Position numbers and translations under genes: made by a program. This document shows, piece after piece, positions 39,235 to 49,574 of a stretch of DNA of 64,000 nt (positions are counted from its first letter, which is position 1; each line of letters begins with the position of its first letter). Location of the stretch: positions 12,673 through 76,672 of the forward strand of contig CALJHG010000012.1 of assembly GCA_938075585.1 (NCBI GenBank), given 5' to 3'. The notes below the pieces were generated by a model. The model made no database searches, had not been told where the DNA came from, and worked only from the letters and a program-made list of their open reading frames with translations. Source of the stretch: an uncultured Gammaproteobacteria bacterium (GTDB taxonomy: Bacteria; Pseudomonadota; Gammaproteobacteria; Ga0077536).

Positions 39235-39503
39235 GCATAAAACTGAGAGATTAATTTCAATTTTTTTGCTCTACTTAACTTCTTTATAGCAGCTTCTCTT
39301 TTCGCCGCGCTACTTTTGCTATGAAAATTTTCAGTATGCAGTAGGTCGAGTGGCGCCCTACCTCTGGTGTATTTAGCACCTTTGCCAGTTTGATGAGCTA
39401 GAAGGCGGTGTTCTAAGTTATTTGTGATTCCAGTGTATAAAGTTTGGTCCGAGCACTTCAAGATATAAAGTACCCAATTCGAATTACTGTCTACGCTTGC
39501 CAT
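39231..39503 (-). CDS. GIY-YIG domain protein (UPF0213/YhbQ-like)
   Basis: YILKCSDQTLYTGITNNLEHRLLAHQTGKGAKYTRGR, the GIY-YIG signature. 90 aa. Confidence 0.8.
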   Translation of the reverse strand: MASVDSNSNWVLYILKCSDQTLYTGITNNLEHRLLAHQTGKGAKYTRGRAPLDLLHTENFHSKSSAAKREAAIKKLSRAKKLKLISQFYA

Positions 39504-39530
39504 AAATAGTTTGAACTCTCTTTCAAAGGC

Positions 39531-40505
39531 TTACGATTTACGAACAGTGGAAAACAATGCTAATTCTTTAAGAGCCATCTTAAATAGGCTGTCTGGCAGA
39601 ACTTCTAACGCCGCCAGACCGAGGGTAGCTTCTGATTGAGCTAGCTTTAAAGTATATCGAACAGCCCCCGTCGATTTAATGGCATCTTTGATTTCATGTA
39701 AGTGTTGTAAACCGCCCGAAATTATTGTTTCGCGAATAATGGTTGATTCTTGCTCAGTTCCATTCCACATTGCATACAAAAGCGGGAGAGTTGGCTTCCC
39801 TTCGGCTAAGTCGTCTCCGATGTTTTTCCCGAGGGTCTCTGACGAGGATTCGTAGTCGAGTGCGTCATCTATAAGCTGGAAAGCCGTTCCTATGTGTCGA
39901 CCATACGCATTCATCGATAAGATTTTATCTTCACAATTCCCTGCTATTATCGCCCCTAAACCTGCGGCTGCCTCAAAAAGTTTAGCAGTCTTATGCTGGA
40001 TCGTATTAAGGTATTGTTTCTCAGTTGTTTCTGGATCATTACAACTGAGTAGCTGCATGACCTCGCCCTCCGCAATGACGTTAGTAGCGTCTGCCAACAC
40101 CTCGAGTACGAGATTATTTTCGAGAGCGACCATTAATTGGAACGCTTTGGAATAAAGGAAATCACCTACAAGCACACTGGCAGGGCTTCCCCATAAAATA
40201 TTTGCTGTCTTGCGCCCGCGCCTCATTTTTGAATCATCAACAACATCATCGTGTAAAAGTGTTGCTGTATGTACCAGCTCTAAAATCGCCGCAATATCAA
40301 TATGTTGACTACCCGCGTAGCCGCACGCTCTAGCACTTAACAGTGCGATAAGTGGGCGTATTCTTTTTCCACCGCTGGTAATTACGTATTGCGCAAGCTG
40401 ATTGATAAAAGGTACATTGGATGATAATTTTGCGCTAATCAGACCGTCAACTTTCTTACTGTCGTTTGCTACTAGGTCCCTTAGTTTTTCGATTTTGTCT
40501 TCGAT
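39531..40505 (-). CDS. ispB: octaprenyl/all-trans polyprenyl diphosphate synthase (IspB); start codon unresolved
   Basis: The track ORF starts mid-protein (MRRGRKTAN..). My in-frame upstream translation gives IEDKIEKLRDLV..FINQLAQYVITSGGKRIRPLIALLSA..LVHTATLLHDDVVDDSKMRRG (first DDxxD), and the second DDxxD is FQLIDDALD. No ATG/GTG/TTG lies between stop 40520-40518 and ATG 40226. I listed the end at ATC 40505 provisionally. Confidence 0.85.
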   Translation of the reverse strand: MEDKIEKLRDLVANDSKKVDGLISAKLSSNVPFINQLAQYVITSGGKRIRPLIALLSARACGYAGSQHIDIAAILELVHTATLLHDDVVDDSKMRRGRKTANILWGSPASVLVGDFLYSKAFQLMVALENNLVLEVLADATNVIAEGEVMQLLSCNDPETTEKQYLNTIQHKTAKLFEAAAGLGAIIAGNCEDKILSMNAYGRHIGTAFQLIDDALDYESSSETLGKNIGDDLAEGKPTLPLLYAMWNGTEQESTIIRETIISGGLQHLHEIKDAIKSTGAVRYTLKLAQSEATLGLAALEVLPDSLFKMALKELALFSTVRKS

Positions 40506-40685
40506 AAGATATGCTCGCTAGTTACTTTATTTGCTTTTCTGTTCCCTAGATTATGACTTTGCCAATTGAATTGGTAAAAAGCTATGCTAATTCTACAATT
40601 TTCCTTGTGTCCTATCCATGATTTACGTAAAATCTCGCCTTCGCCATGAAGTTAGTTACTTAAATTTTAATGGATATTGATGATT

Positions 40686-41000
40686 ATGCATGCAGTTATT
40701 AAGACCGGGGGTAAACAGTATAAGGTTAGTCCTGGTGACAAACTTAATGTTGAGACGCTATCATTCGGATCCGGTGAGGACGTCGTTTTTGATGAAGTAC
40801 TGTTAATAAATGATGGTTCGAACGTAGACGTTGGAGAGCCTTTATTGGCTGGGGCGAAAGTAACCGCAAAAGTAATCGAGCATGGGCGCGGTGACAAAAT
40901 TAGAATTATAAAGTTCAAAAGACGCAAGCATTATAAACGTCAAATGGGACACAGACAAAATTATACTCGAGTGGAAATAACTGGCGTAGAGAAAGGGTAG
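40686..41000 (+). CDS. rplU: 50S ribosomal protein L21
   Basis: [14 protein letters not shown], colinear with E. coli MYAVFQSGGKQHRV. Start placed at ATG 40686. Confidence 0.95.
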   Translation: MHAVIKTGGKQYKVSPGDKLNVETLSFGSGEDVVFDEVLLINDGSNVDVGEPLLAGAKVTAKVIEHGRGDKIRIIKFKRRKHYKRQMGHRQNYTRVEITGVEKG

Positions 41001-41007
41001 AGATAGC

Positions 41008-41265
41008 ATGGCACATAAAAAAGCAGGTGGAAGTACTCGCAATGGTCGCGACTCGGAATCGAAGCGGCTGGGCGTGAAAAGATTTGGCGGTGAACAAGTT
41101 GCGGCTGGGAATATCTTAGTGCGCCAAAGAGGAACCCATTTTCATCCGGGGAATAACGTAGGCTGTGGAAAAGATCATACATTGTTTGCTACGAGCGGTG
41201 GTCAGGTACTTTTTCAGAGAAAAGGCAGACTGAATCGAAGGGTAGTTAGTGTTGTAACTGAGTAG
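41008..41265 (+). CDS. rpmA: 50S ribosomal protein L27
   Basis: [33 protein letters not shown]. Confidence 0.96.
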   Translation: MAHKKAGGSTRNGRDSESKRLGVKRFGGEQVAAGNILVRQRGTHFHPGNNVGCGKDHTLFATSGGQVLFQRKGRLNRRVVSVVTE

Positions 41266-41292
41266 TCTCAATAATCGAGCTCACCGCATTTA

Positions 41293-41318
41293 AACCCCGC
41301 ATCAGACGGGGTTTTTTG
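41293..41318 (+). terminator. rho-independent terminator after rpmA
   Basis: Stem CCCCG (41295-41299), 7-nt loop, CGGGG (41307-41311), followed by TTTTTT (41312-41317). Confidence 0.7.
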
Positions 41319-41348
41319 TATTTGATATGTTTTTAACACTAGAAATAG

Positions 41349-42382
<1,034 letters not shown>

Positions 42383-42383
<1 letters not shown>

Positions 42384-43525
42384 TGGAAAAGGAGCATAGT
42401 TTGCGAAAGCGGTTAGGTGATTCTCGTAGGTGGGTCATCAAGATTGGGAGTGCGTTAAGTACCAATGAAGGGGTTGGCTTAAATCACTCAGCCATAGAGA
42501 CATGGTCGCAACAGATTGTTACCTTAATGTCGGCCGGTCATCAAGTTGTTTTAGTAACGTCAGGATCTGTCGCGGAGGGAGCCATTCGGCTGGGATGGAG
42601 AGAACGTCCCCATTCGTTACCTCAGTTACAGGCCGCTGCTGCAATAGGACAAATGGGACTGGTTAGAGGGTGGGATCTGGCTTTTGAAAAAGCTGCCTTA
42701 AAAGCAGCCCAAGTTTTACTGACTCACGATGATCTATCTGATCGTACTCGATATTTGAATGCGCGTAGTACTCTTTCGACGCTATTAGAGCTAGGTGTGG
42801 TTCCGGTGATTAATGAAAACGATACTGTAGCCACAGCCGAGTTAAACTTAGGAGATAACGATACCTTGGCAGGTCTAGTTAGTAATTTAGTCGAGGCTGA
42901 TCTCATGGTCATTCTGACAGATCAGTCTGGGATTATGACCGCTGACCCGCGGTTGCAAAGCGACGCAAAACTAGTTGAGTATGCGAACGTTGACGACCCC
43001 GAATTAGACGGTCGAGCCGGTTCTGGCGGTGCTTGGGGGCGCGGCGGAATGAGGACTAAGCTTAGGGCTGCTAGGCTGGCCGCTCGGTCTGCTACCTCTA
43101 CAATTATTGCGGATGGACGAGTTGAGGATGTCTTGTTAAGTATCCACCAAGGCGTCGGTATAGGAACGTTATTGCATTCAAAACAAGAAAAAGTTGCGGC
43201 AAGAAAACAGTGGCTTGCAGGCTCGCTGCGTCCTTCAGGCAGCTTAATACTCGATGAGGGCGCTTGTAATGCATTAGTAAGGCAGGGGAAAAGTCTTCTA
43301 GGGATAGGGGTTTTGAACGCTCGCGGTGATTTTGGTCGGGGCGATTTGGTGCAGCTTTTTGACCCTAATGGACTCGAGATCGGGAGGGGCCTTGTGAATT
43401 ATACGTCTTTAGAGTGCCGAAAAATAATAGGCGTTCCCTCGAGTGCAATCGAAGACATCTTAGGTTTTGCGCATGAGTCTGAATTGATACACCGAGACAA
43501 CTTACTAGTCGAGAGTCTTAATTGA
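42383..43525 (+). CDS. proB: glutamate 5-kinase (with PUA domain)
   Basis: RRWVIKIGSAL, VTSGSVAEG and INENDTVA. The ATG at 42383 overlaps the obg stop as TGATG. The track's upstream extension has no homology to ProB. Confidence 0.92.
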
Positions 43526-43544
43526 CTGAATATCGCCCATTCAG
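43526..43544. terminator. short hairpin between convergent proB and rpsT
   Basis: CTGAAT-ATCGCCC-ATTCAG (6-bp stem, 7-nt loop) with no clear U-tract. Weak candidate for a bidirectional terminator. Confidence 0.25.
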
Positions 43545-43551
43545 CCTCTTA

Positions 43552-43812
43552 CTACATATTTTTTATGCGGGCGTGAAGTCTCGATTTATGCCGAGCAGCC
43601 TTGTTCCCATGAATTATTTTGGTACCAGCCATCTTATCTATGACAGGCATCGCTAGTCGGTATGCGGCTTCAGCTGACGATTTGTCGCCAGATTCAATAG
43701 CCTTGATTACATTTTTAATACGTGTTCTTAGTAAGGATCTTTGCCCAGTATTACTTTGACGTCTTTTTTCAGATTGACGTGCGCGTTTTTTCGCTTGAGC
43801 TGTGTTAGCCAA
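43552..43812 (-). CDS. rpsT: 30S ribosomal protein S20
   Basis: (M)ANTAQAKKRARQSEKRRQSN, colinear with E. coli MANIKSAKKRAIQSEK. Start placed at the second in-frame TTG (43812). E. coli rpsT also uses UUG. Confidence 0.9.
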   Translation of the reverse strand: MANTAQAKKRARQSEKRRQSNTGQRSLLRTRIKNVIKAIESGDKSSAEAAYRLAMPVIDKMAGTKIIHGNKAARHKSRLHARIKNM

Positions 43813-43962
43813 TTCAAATTTCTCCAAAAATCGTAAGTGAAGGCGCGAAACTATGCTGTTTTATGGAGGAATTGTCAATGGAAAATATGCTCCGCAACAA
43901 TAATCCAAAAGGTATATTACTATATAAGGTATCAAACAGGATTATTTTTGCAGAAAAAATGG

Positions 43963-45498
43963 ATGAGTAATAAACTTTTAAGACCGCTCGCTGTGATAGG
44001 AAATTTAACCTTTATCTCAAGGATATTGGGCTATATTCGTGATGTATTGTTCGCGACCATATTTGGTGCTGGTGTAACCGCAGATGCGTTTTTCATAGCG
44101 TTTAAGATACCAAATTTTTTTCGCCGGATATTTGCGGAGGGCGCCATGTCCCAAGCTTTCATTCCGGTATTAGCTGAATCCAGGAGAAATGACGAAAAAT
44201 CTACTGCAGACTTAATTAGAGCGGTAAGTGGGGCTCTCGCAGTTACTGTTTTTGGTATTGTATTACTTGGGATTTTGTCTGCGCCATTCATCATATATGT
44301 GTTTGCGCCAGGTTTCGTGGCGACACCCGAAAAAGCAGCGCTCACCGCTGATTTGCTTAGAATAATGTTTCCTTATCTGGGCCTAATATCTATTTGTGCA
44401 CTGACATGGGGAATAATGAATAGTTACAATAAATTTGCTGTGCCTGCGCTTTGTGCAGTGCTTTTTAACTTAGTGCTAATCTCAGCATTACTGCTCATGA
44501 CTGACTATTTTGAGAAACCTATTATGGCATTAGCTGCAGCGGTTACACTGGGGGGACTGATGCAATTGGTGTTTTCGGTGTGGGGAATTAATCGGTTAGG
44601 ATTTTCTTTGAGACCAAAATTAAATTGGAAGCATCCTGGCGTCACAAAAATCCTTCATCTAATGGCGCCGGCAGCACTTGCGGCGTCGATCGTGCAGGTT
44701 AATTTGATGATTGATCTAGCGATAGCATCATTTCTAGAGACGGGAAGTATTTCCTGGTTATATTACTCTAACAGGCTTGTAGAATTCCCTTTAGGCGTTT
44801 TCGGGGTTGCGCTGGCTACCGTCCTTCTTCCTAATTTATCAACCGCCGCTGCTGAGGGCGATGTGCGAAAGTTTTCTTCTACTATCGATTGGGCTTTAAG
44901 GTGGGCGACGATGCTCGGGCTTCCAGCGGTAGCTGGTTTGATAATATTATCTGACGAGATGATTTTAACATTGTTTGGCTATGGTGCGATTACAGAGAGA
45001 GATGTTTTAATGAGTAGTCATAGCCTATCTGCTTATTCTATGGGTTTATTCGCTTTCATTATGATTAAAATATTTGGCCCTGGCTATTACGCGAGACAGG
45101 ACATGCGAACACCTGTAAAATTCGGGTTAATAGCTATTGGGATTAATTTGGTTTTTAATTTATTGCTCGCAGGTCCCTTAGGGCACACTGGCCTAGCATT
45201 GGCTACTGCCGTGGCAGCAAATGCTAATGCTTTAATGTTGTGGCGCGGATTACGCAAAGAAAACATATATGCGCCCACTGAGGGCTGGTTATACTTTTTG
45301 ATAAGAATTTTTATTGCCGTCTTGGCTATGGTGGGCTTTTTAATTTATGTAGCGTCACCATTATCTGCTTGGATAGATTGGTCTTTTGGCTCTAGATTTT
45401 ATCATCTTTTCTCATTTGTTTTAGGCAGCGGTTGTGTGTATTTTATGGCTTTACTATTCGTAGGAATGAGGAAGAAGCATGTTGGAAAATTTGGGTAA
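43963..45498 (+). CDS. murJ: lipid II flippase MurJ (MviN)
   Basis: MSNKLLRPLAVIGNLTFISRILGYIRDVLFATIFGAG and 14-TM MOP-family architecture. Start placed at ATG 43963. Divergent from rpsT, as in Pseudomonas. Confidence 0.92.
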   Translation: MSNKLLRPLAVIGNLTFISRILGYIRDVLFATIFGAGVTADAFFIAFKIPNFFRRIFAEGAMSQAFIPVLAESRRNDEKSTADLIRAVSGALAVTVFGIVLLGILSAPFIIYVFAPGFVATPEKAALTADLLRIMFPYLGLISICALTWGIMNSYNKFAVPALCAVLFNLVLISALLLMTDYFEKPIMALAAAVTLGGLMQLVFSVWGINRLGFSLRPKLNWKHPGVTKILHLMAPAALAASIVQVNLMIDLAIASFLETGSISWLYYSNRLVEFPLGVFGVALATVLLPNLSTAAAEGDVRKFSSTIDWALRWATMLGLPAVAGLIILSDEMILTLFGYGAITERDVLMSSHSLSAYSMGLFAFIMIKIFGPGYYARQDMRTPVKFGLIAIGINLVFNLLLAGPLGHTGLALATAVAANANALMLWRGLRKENIYAPTEGWLYFLIRIFIAVLAMVGFLIYVASPLSAWIDWSFGSRFYHLFSFVLGSGCVYFMALLFVGMRKKHVGKFG

Positions 45499-45541
45499 AA
45501 TGAATGGTATTTACAACTTTTAATTGGGCGCTTAAGCCAAC

Positions 45542-46477
45542 ATGAAAATAATTCGCGGATTAAATAATATAAAAAGTGAACATTTTGGTTGCGTCGCGAC
45601 GATCGGCAATTTCGACGGGGTGCATCTGGGGCACGCCGAAATTCTTAAAAGGTTGAAAATTAAATCACATCAACTGAATGTTCCCAGTGTAGTAATTGTG
45701 TTTGAACCACAACCGGCTGAATATTTCCGAAGGGGCAGAGTACCTGCGAGATTGTCTCGATTGACTGAAAAAGCACAATTAATAAGAGACAAAGAAATTG
45801 ACTTCCTTTTGGTCCTTCGTTTTTCTAAAGAACTTTCTAGCTATACACCGGAGGAATTTGTCCAGAATATATTGGTTAGTAGGCTAGGCATAAAGGCACT
45901 CATTATCGGAGATGATTTTCGGTTTGGGTCTGGTAGGGGCGGAGATTTTAGTTTGCTTTCCTCTCTTGCAAATTTTCATAATTTTACAATTGAACAAACC
46001 CCGCCGTTTCTATTCATTGGGAAAAGAATTTCTAGCACCTATATTAGATATCTGCTCCGTCATGGCTATATGCGTGAGGCTGAACGGATGTTAGGTCACC
46101 GTTATTGTATAGAGGGTCATGTGGTACATGGTCATAAGCAAGGGCGAGAATGGGGATTCCCCACTGCGAATTTAAATTTGTATCGAGCTACTTGCCCAAT
46201 TTCAGGAATCTTTTCAGCTCGAGTTCATGGTTTGAAGTCAACACCCCTGATGGGGGTTGCGTATGCTGGTTCTAGGCCGATTATTGATGATCCTCGTTAT
46301 GTTTTAGAGGTGCACATGTTTGATTATGATGAGGATTGTTACGGAGCTAAAATCAGCGTGGAATTTTGCGACAGGATAAGAGACGATATGGAATTTCACT
46401 CCTTTTCAGCGATGGCTGATCAAATAAAGAGAGATTGTGAAATCGCGAGGAGGAAATTAACGTTTGACTACTCGTAA
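45542..46477 (+). CDS. ribF: bifunctional riboflavin kinase/FAD synthetase
   Basis: ATIGNFDGVHLGH, and a C-terminal kinase domain with GFPTANL and EVHMFD. Confidence 0.95.
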   Translation: MKIIRGLNNIKSEHFGCVATIGNFDGVHLGHAEILKRLKIKSHQLNVPSVVIVFEPQPAEYFRRGRVPARLSRLTEKAQLIRDKEIDFLLVLRFSKELSSYTPEEFVQNILVSRLGIKALIIGDDFRFGSGRGGDFSLLSSLANFHNFTIEQTPPFLFIGKRISSTYIRYLLRHGYMREAERMLGHRYCIEGHVVHGHKQGREWGFPTANLNLYRATCPISGIFSARVHGLKSTPLMGVAYAGSRPIIDDPRYVLEVHMFDYDEDCYGAKISVEFCDRIRDDMEFHSFSAMADQIKRDCEIARRKLTFDYS

Positions 46478-46487
46478 TTACGATCTG

Positions 46488-46949
46488 ATGAAATGGATCG
46501 GCTTTGCCGTAATTATCGCTTTTACTGATCAGATAACTAAGTATCTTGCCACTACTAATCTCGTATATGGATATCCCCATGCGCTTATCCCTGGTATAAA
46601 TTTGACTTTGTTCCATAATACCGGAGCAGCGTTTAGCTTTTTAGCTGATCAAGGCGGTTGGCAACGATGGTTCTTTGCAATACTAGCAACAATGATTTCT
46701 GTCGGTTTGATAGTTTGGCTTAAACTTTTGTCTCATAAGGAAAAGGCAACTCGAATAGCGATTTGTTTAATTCTAGGCGGCGCAATTGGGAATTTGTTCG
46801 ATAGACTAACATGGGGCTATGTAATTGATTTTATTCAATTATATTATTCTAGTTGGTACTGGCCTATATTTAATGTCGCTGATGCTTCCATTACAATCGG
46901 GGCCGTATTATTGATCTTCGCAGGCAGGCATTTTGAGAAAGCGGTCTAA
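46488..46949 (+). CDS. lspA: lipoprotein signal peptidase II
   Basis: NTGAAFSF and FNVADASI, with four TM helices. Start is ATG 46488, or TTG 46464 overlapping ribF. Confidence 0.9.
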   Translation: MKWIGFAVIIAFTDQITKYLATTNLVYGYPHALIPGINLTLFHNTGAAFSFLADQGGWQRWFFAILATMISVGLIVWLKLLSHKEKATRIAICLILGGAIGNLFDRLTWGYVIDFIQLYYSSWYWPIFNVADASITIGAVLLIFAGRHFEKAV

Positions 46950-47029
46950 AATGACGGGAAAAAGCCTAATTTAATGAGTAGAATAATAGAGTATAATCTT
47001 CATTTAATTATTAGGAACAGCTTTTAGAC

Positions 47030-47992
47030 ATGCAAATTCATCTCGCTAATCCTCGTGGCTTTTGTGCTGGCGTTGACCGAGCCATTGGTATTGTAGAACA
47101 CGCGTTGGACCTTTTTGGTGCTCCAGTTTACGTTCGCCATGAGGTTGTACATAACAAGTATGTTGTAGATGGTCTTAGAAAAAAAGGTGCTATTTTTGTT
47201 GAAGAATTAGATGAAGTTCCGGACGATGCTACTGTGATTTTTAGCGCTCATGGGGTAGCGAAGGCTGTGAGAGAAGAAGCAGCGCGTAGAAAACTTAGAG
47301 TGTTTGATGCCATTTGTCCTTTAGTCACAAAAGTCCATATGGAGGTGGGGCTTTATCAGAAAGAGGGAAGAGAATGTATATTGATTGGTCATGCTGGACA
47401 TCCTGAAGTAGAGGGCACTCTTGGACAGTATAAAAAATCAGAAAGCGGAGCTGGTGGAATGTATCTGGTGGAGTCTGTTCAAGATGTTTGGAACTTAGTG
47501 GTGAAGCAGCCTAATTTTTTGGCGTTTGTAACACAAACCACTTTATCGATGGATGATACCGCCGTGGTGATAGACGCTCTACGAGAAAGATTCCCGAACA
47601 TTTCTGGTCCCAAAAAAGAAGATATTTGTTACGCTACCCAGAATAGGCAGGATGGTGTAAAGAACATGGTGAGCCACTGCGATTTGATCTTGGTCGTGGG
47701 CTCGCAAACCAGTTCTAACTCCATGCGTTTGAAAGAAATTGCCGAGAAAAAAGGTATTGCAGCTTATTTGATCGATAGTGCTGACGAAATCGTACCGGAG
47801 TGGCTTGAAGGGAAAAATGCTGTAGGAGTTACCGCCGGGGCTTCGGCACCGGAAATTTTAGTTGAGCAAGTAATACAAACTCTGCGAGATAGAGGTGGTT
47901 TAAAGGTGACTGAGGTGCCTGGGATTGAGGAAAAAGTAGTTTTTAGTATGCCACGAGAGCTAGTAATTGCCGGGAAGTCAAAAATCGCCTGA
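47030..47992 (+). CDS. ispH: 4-hydroxy-3-methylbut-2-enyl diphosphate reductase
   Basis: [32 protein letters not shown] and ATQNRQ. Confidence 0.96.
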   Translation: MQIHLANPRGFCAGVDRAIGIVEHALDLFGAPVYVRHEVVHNKYVVDGLRKKGAIFVEELDEVPDDATVIFSAHGVAKAVREEAARRKLRVFDAICPLVTKVHMEVGLYQKEGRECILIGHAGHPEVEGTLGQYKKSESGAGGMYLVESVQDVWNLVVKQPNFLAFVTQTTLSMDDTAVVIDALRERFPNISGPKKEDICYATQNRQDGVKNMVSHCDLILVVGSQTSSNSMRLKEIAEKKGIAAYLIDSADEIVPEWLEGKNAVGVTAGASAPEILVEQVIQTLRDRGGLKVTEVPGIEEKVVFSMPRELVIAGKSKIA

Positions 47993-48074
47993 GAATTAGT
48001 TTTTGAAATCAGTAAATGCTAATTATTCGCATTTATGCTAGACACAGTCTAAATGTTGGATATACTTGTTGGTT

Positions 48075-48503
48075 ATGAAAACTTCCAATGTCATTCCTCC
48101 GGTTGCCAAAAGCGACATCCCTAATGTTTTGCGAGGAGCCGGTATATCTATTACCCCGCAACGCGTCGAGATTGCTAATATTCTTTTATCTAAAACCCAA
48201 CATTTGTCAGCCGACCATATTAGGAAAACGCTAAAAAGCAACAATATGAACGTGTCTAAGGCTACTGTATACAATACACTAGGACTTTTTGTCGCACGGG
48301 GCGTGGTCCGAGAGTTGATCGTAGACGGCGTATGTAGTTTCTATGATTCGAATACTGAGCCGCACCACCACTTTTACGATACCGATAAGTCCGAGTTAAT
48401 TGATTTCTCTGCGAATGATACACAAATCAAAAATCTTCCCGAATTACCTCCCGGAACTGAAATGGACAGTGTTGATTTGGTGGTTCGCCTGCGTCGTCGA
48501 TAG
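48075..48503 (+). CDS. Fur-family transcriptional regulator, Irr-like
   Basis: Winged helix TPQRVEI..SKATVYNTL, an HHH motif (EPHHHFYD), and the C-terminus NLPELPPGTEMDSVDLVVRLRRR. It has no CxxC pairs. This resembles Bradyrhizobium Irr as I recall it. Confidence 0.7.
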   Translation: MKTSNVIPPVAKSDIPNVLRGAGISITPQRVEIANILLSKTQHLSADHIRKTLKSNNMNVSKATVYNTLGLFVARGVVRELIVDGVCSFYDSNTEPHHHFYDTDKSELIDFSANDTQIKNLPELPPGTEMDSVDLVVRLRRR

Positions 48504-48539
48504 CGTTATTAAAAGAAATACTTGCCCTTAGACTCTTTA

Positions 48540-48616
48540 GCCGGAGTAGCTCAGTCGGTAGAGCAGTTCACTCGTAATGAAAAGGTCGGGGGGTTCGATC
48601 CCTCTCTTCGGCACCA
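48540..48616 (+). tRNA. tRNA-Thr (anticodon CGU), CCA encoded
   Basis: GCCGGAGTAGCTCAGTCGGTAGAGCAGTTCACTCGTAATGAAAAGGTCGGGGGGTTCGATCCCTCTCTTCGGCACCA. Cloverleaf folded by hand: the acceptor GCCGGAG pairs with CTTCGGC, the anticodon loop is CTCGTAA, and the T-loop is TTCGATC. Closely parallels E. coli thrW. Confidence 0.9.
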
Positions 48617-48790
48617 AAGAAAGTCCTTTGCGACACCAGGCCGTGCTACTTTCTGTCTGGACTGGATAGCGTCTCAAAAGTCCGTCATCAATTTAAAGTT
48701 GCTTCAATAAGTGTTTGACGTTAACAATACTACTGGCAAATTGGCGCTTGGTATTTAAACTTTCTAGACTGTTCCGTATTGGAAAGACAG

Positions 48791-49492
48791 ATGACAGATA
48801 TAACGCTTTATACCGCTCCTACGGCGAATGGCTTTAAGATATCGGTTGCCCTCGAGGAGATGGCAATTTCTTATTCGGTTCGTCACCTTGACTTTCAGAA
48901 GAATGAACATAAAACCCCTGAATATTTGGCGTTAAATCCGAATGGACGAATTCCTGTAATTGTTGATCATCAAAATAATGAATACGTATTGTCGGAGTCC
49001 GGCGCAATTCTTCTTTACTTAGCGGAGCGCAGTGGGATGTTATTTCCCGAGCCTCTTGAGGCAAGATACGAAGTAATGCAGTGGCTGATGTTTCAAATGA
49101 GCGGAGTTGGTCCGATGATGGGGCAAGCGATGTTCTTTCAGAGAATCGCTGCCCCAAAAGGTATAGTAGACGAATATGCGACTAAACGATACGTCGAGGA
49201 GTCACGCAGATTGCTATCTATAGTAAACGAGAGGTTGTCTGGAAGAGACTACTTGTGCGGGGACTACAGTATCGCTGACATAGCGATGTTCCCATGGGCA
49301 AGAGCCTACAGGTGGGGAAACATTGATATCGATGAGTTAGTGAACCTTAGAGAGTGGTTCGAGCGCATAGAAAGTCGAGATGCCGTACAAAGAGGGATCC
49401 GAGTTCCTACCGGGGAAATTCCCATTGCCTATAGCAGTGATAGTGATTTGTCGGAAGCTACTCGCCAAAATGCAAATAAGTACGATGCTTGA
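48791..49492 (+). CDS. glutathione S-transferase family protein (YfcG/Nu-like)
   Basis: LYTAPTANGFKISVALEE..NPNGRIPVIVDH..ESGAILLYLAE, a thioredoxin-like GST N-domain. Start placed at ATG 48791. Confidence 0.8.
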   Translation: MTDITLYTAPTANGFKISVALEEMAISYSVRHLDFQKNEHKTPEYLALNPNGRIPVIVDHQNNEYVLSESGAILLYLAERSGMLFPEPLEARYEVMQWLMFQMSGVGPMMGQAMFFQRIAAPKGIVDEYATKRYVEESRRLLSIVNERLSGRDYLCGDYSIADIAMFPWARAYRWGNIDIDELVNLREWFERIESRDAVQRGIRVPTGEIPIAYSSDSDLSEATRQNANKYDA

Positions 49493-49574
49493 ATCAACGC
49501 GCACGAGATGTGCTGGAATTTGTCTTTGATATCATTCTGGATATTAGTAGCATTAAGAATTAAATATTGAGGAA

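Noticed and set aside
43837-43962. Long N-terminal extensions in the track for murJ (42 codons), proB (42350-42382), htpG (11896-11928), metG (5549-5563), rplU, the glcG-like gene and the CPXCG protein
   Set aside because: The extensions have no similarity to the respective families. Downstream ATG (or TTG for rpsT) codons align with the known N-termini. These are longest-ORF artefacts, not novel domains.
48522-48710. 62-aa ORF in the track (MPLDSLAGVAQSVEQFTRNEKVGGFDPSLRHQ..)
   Set aside because: It is simply the translation of tRNA-Thr(CGU) (48540-48616) and its flank. The tRNA cloverleaf explains the sequence.
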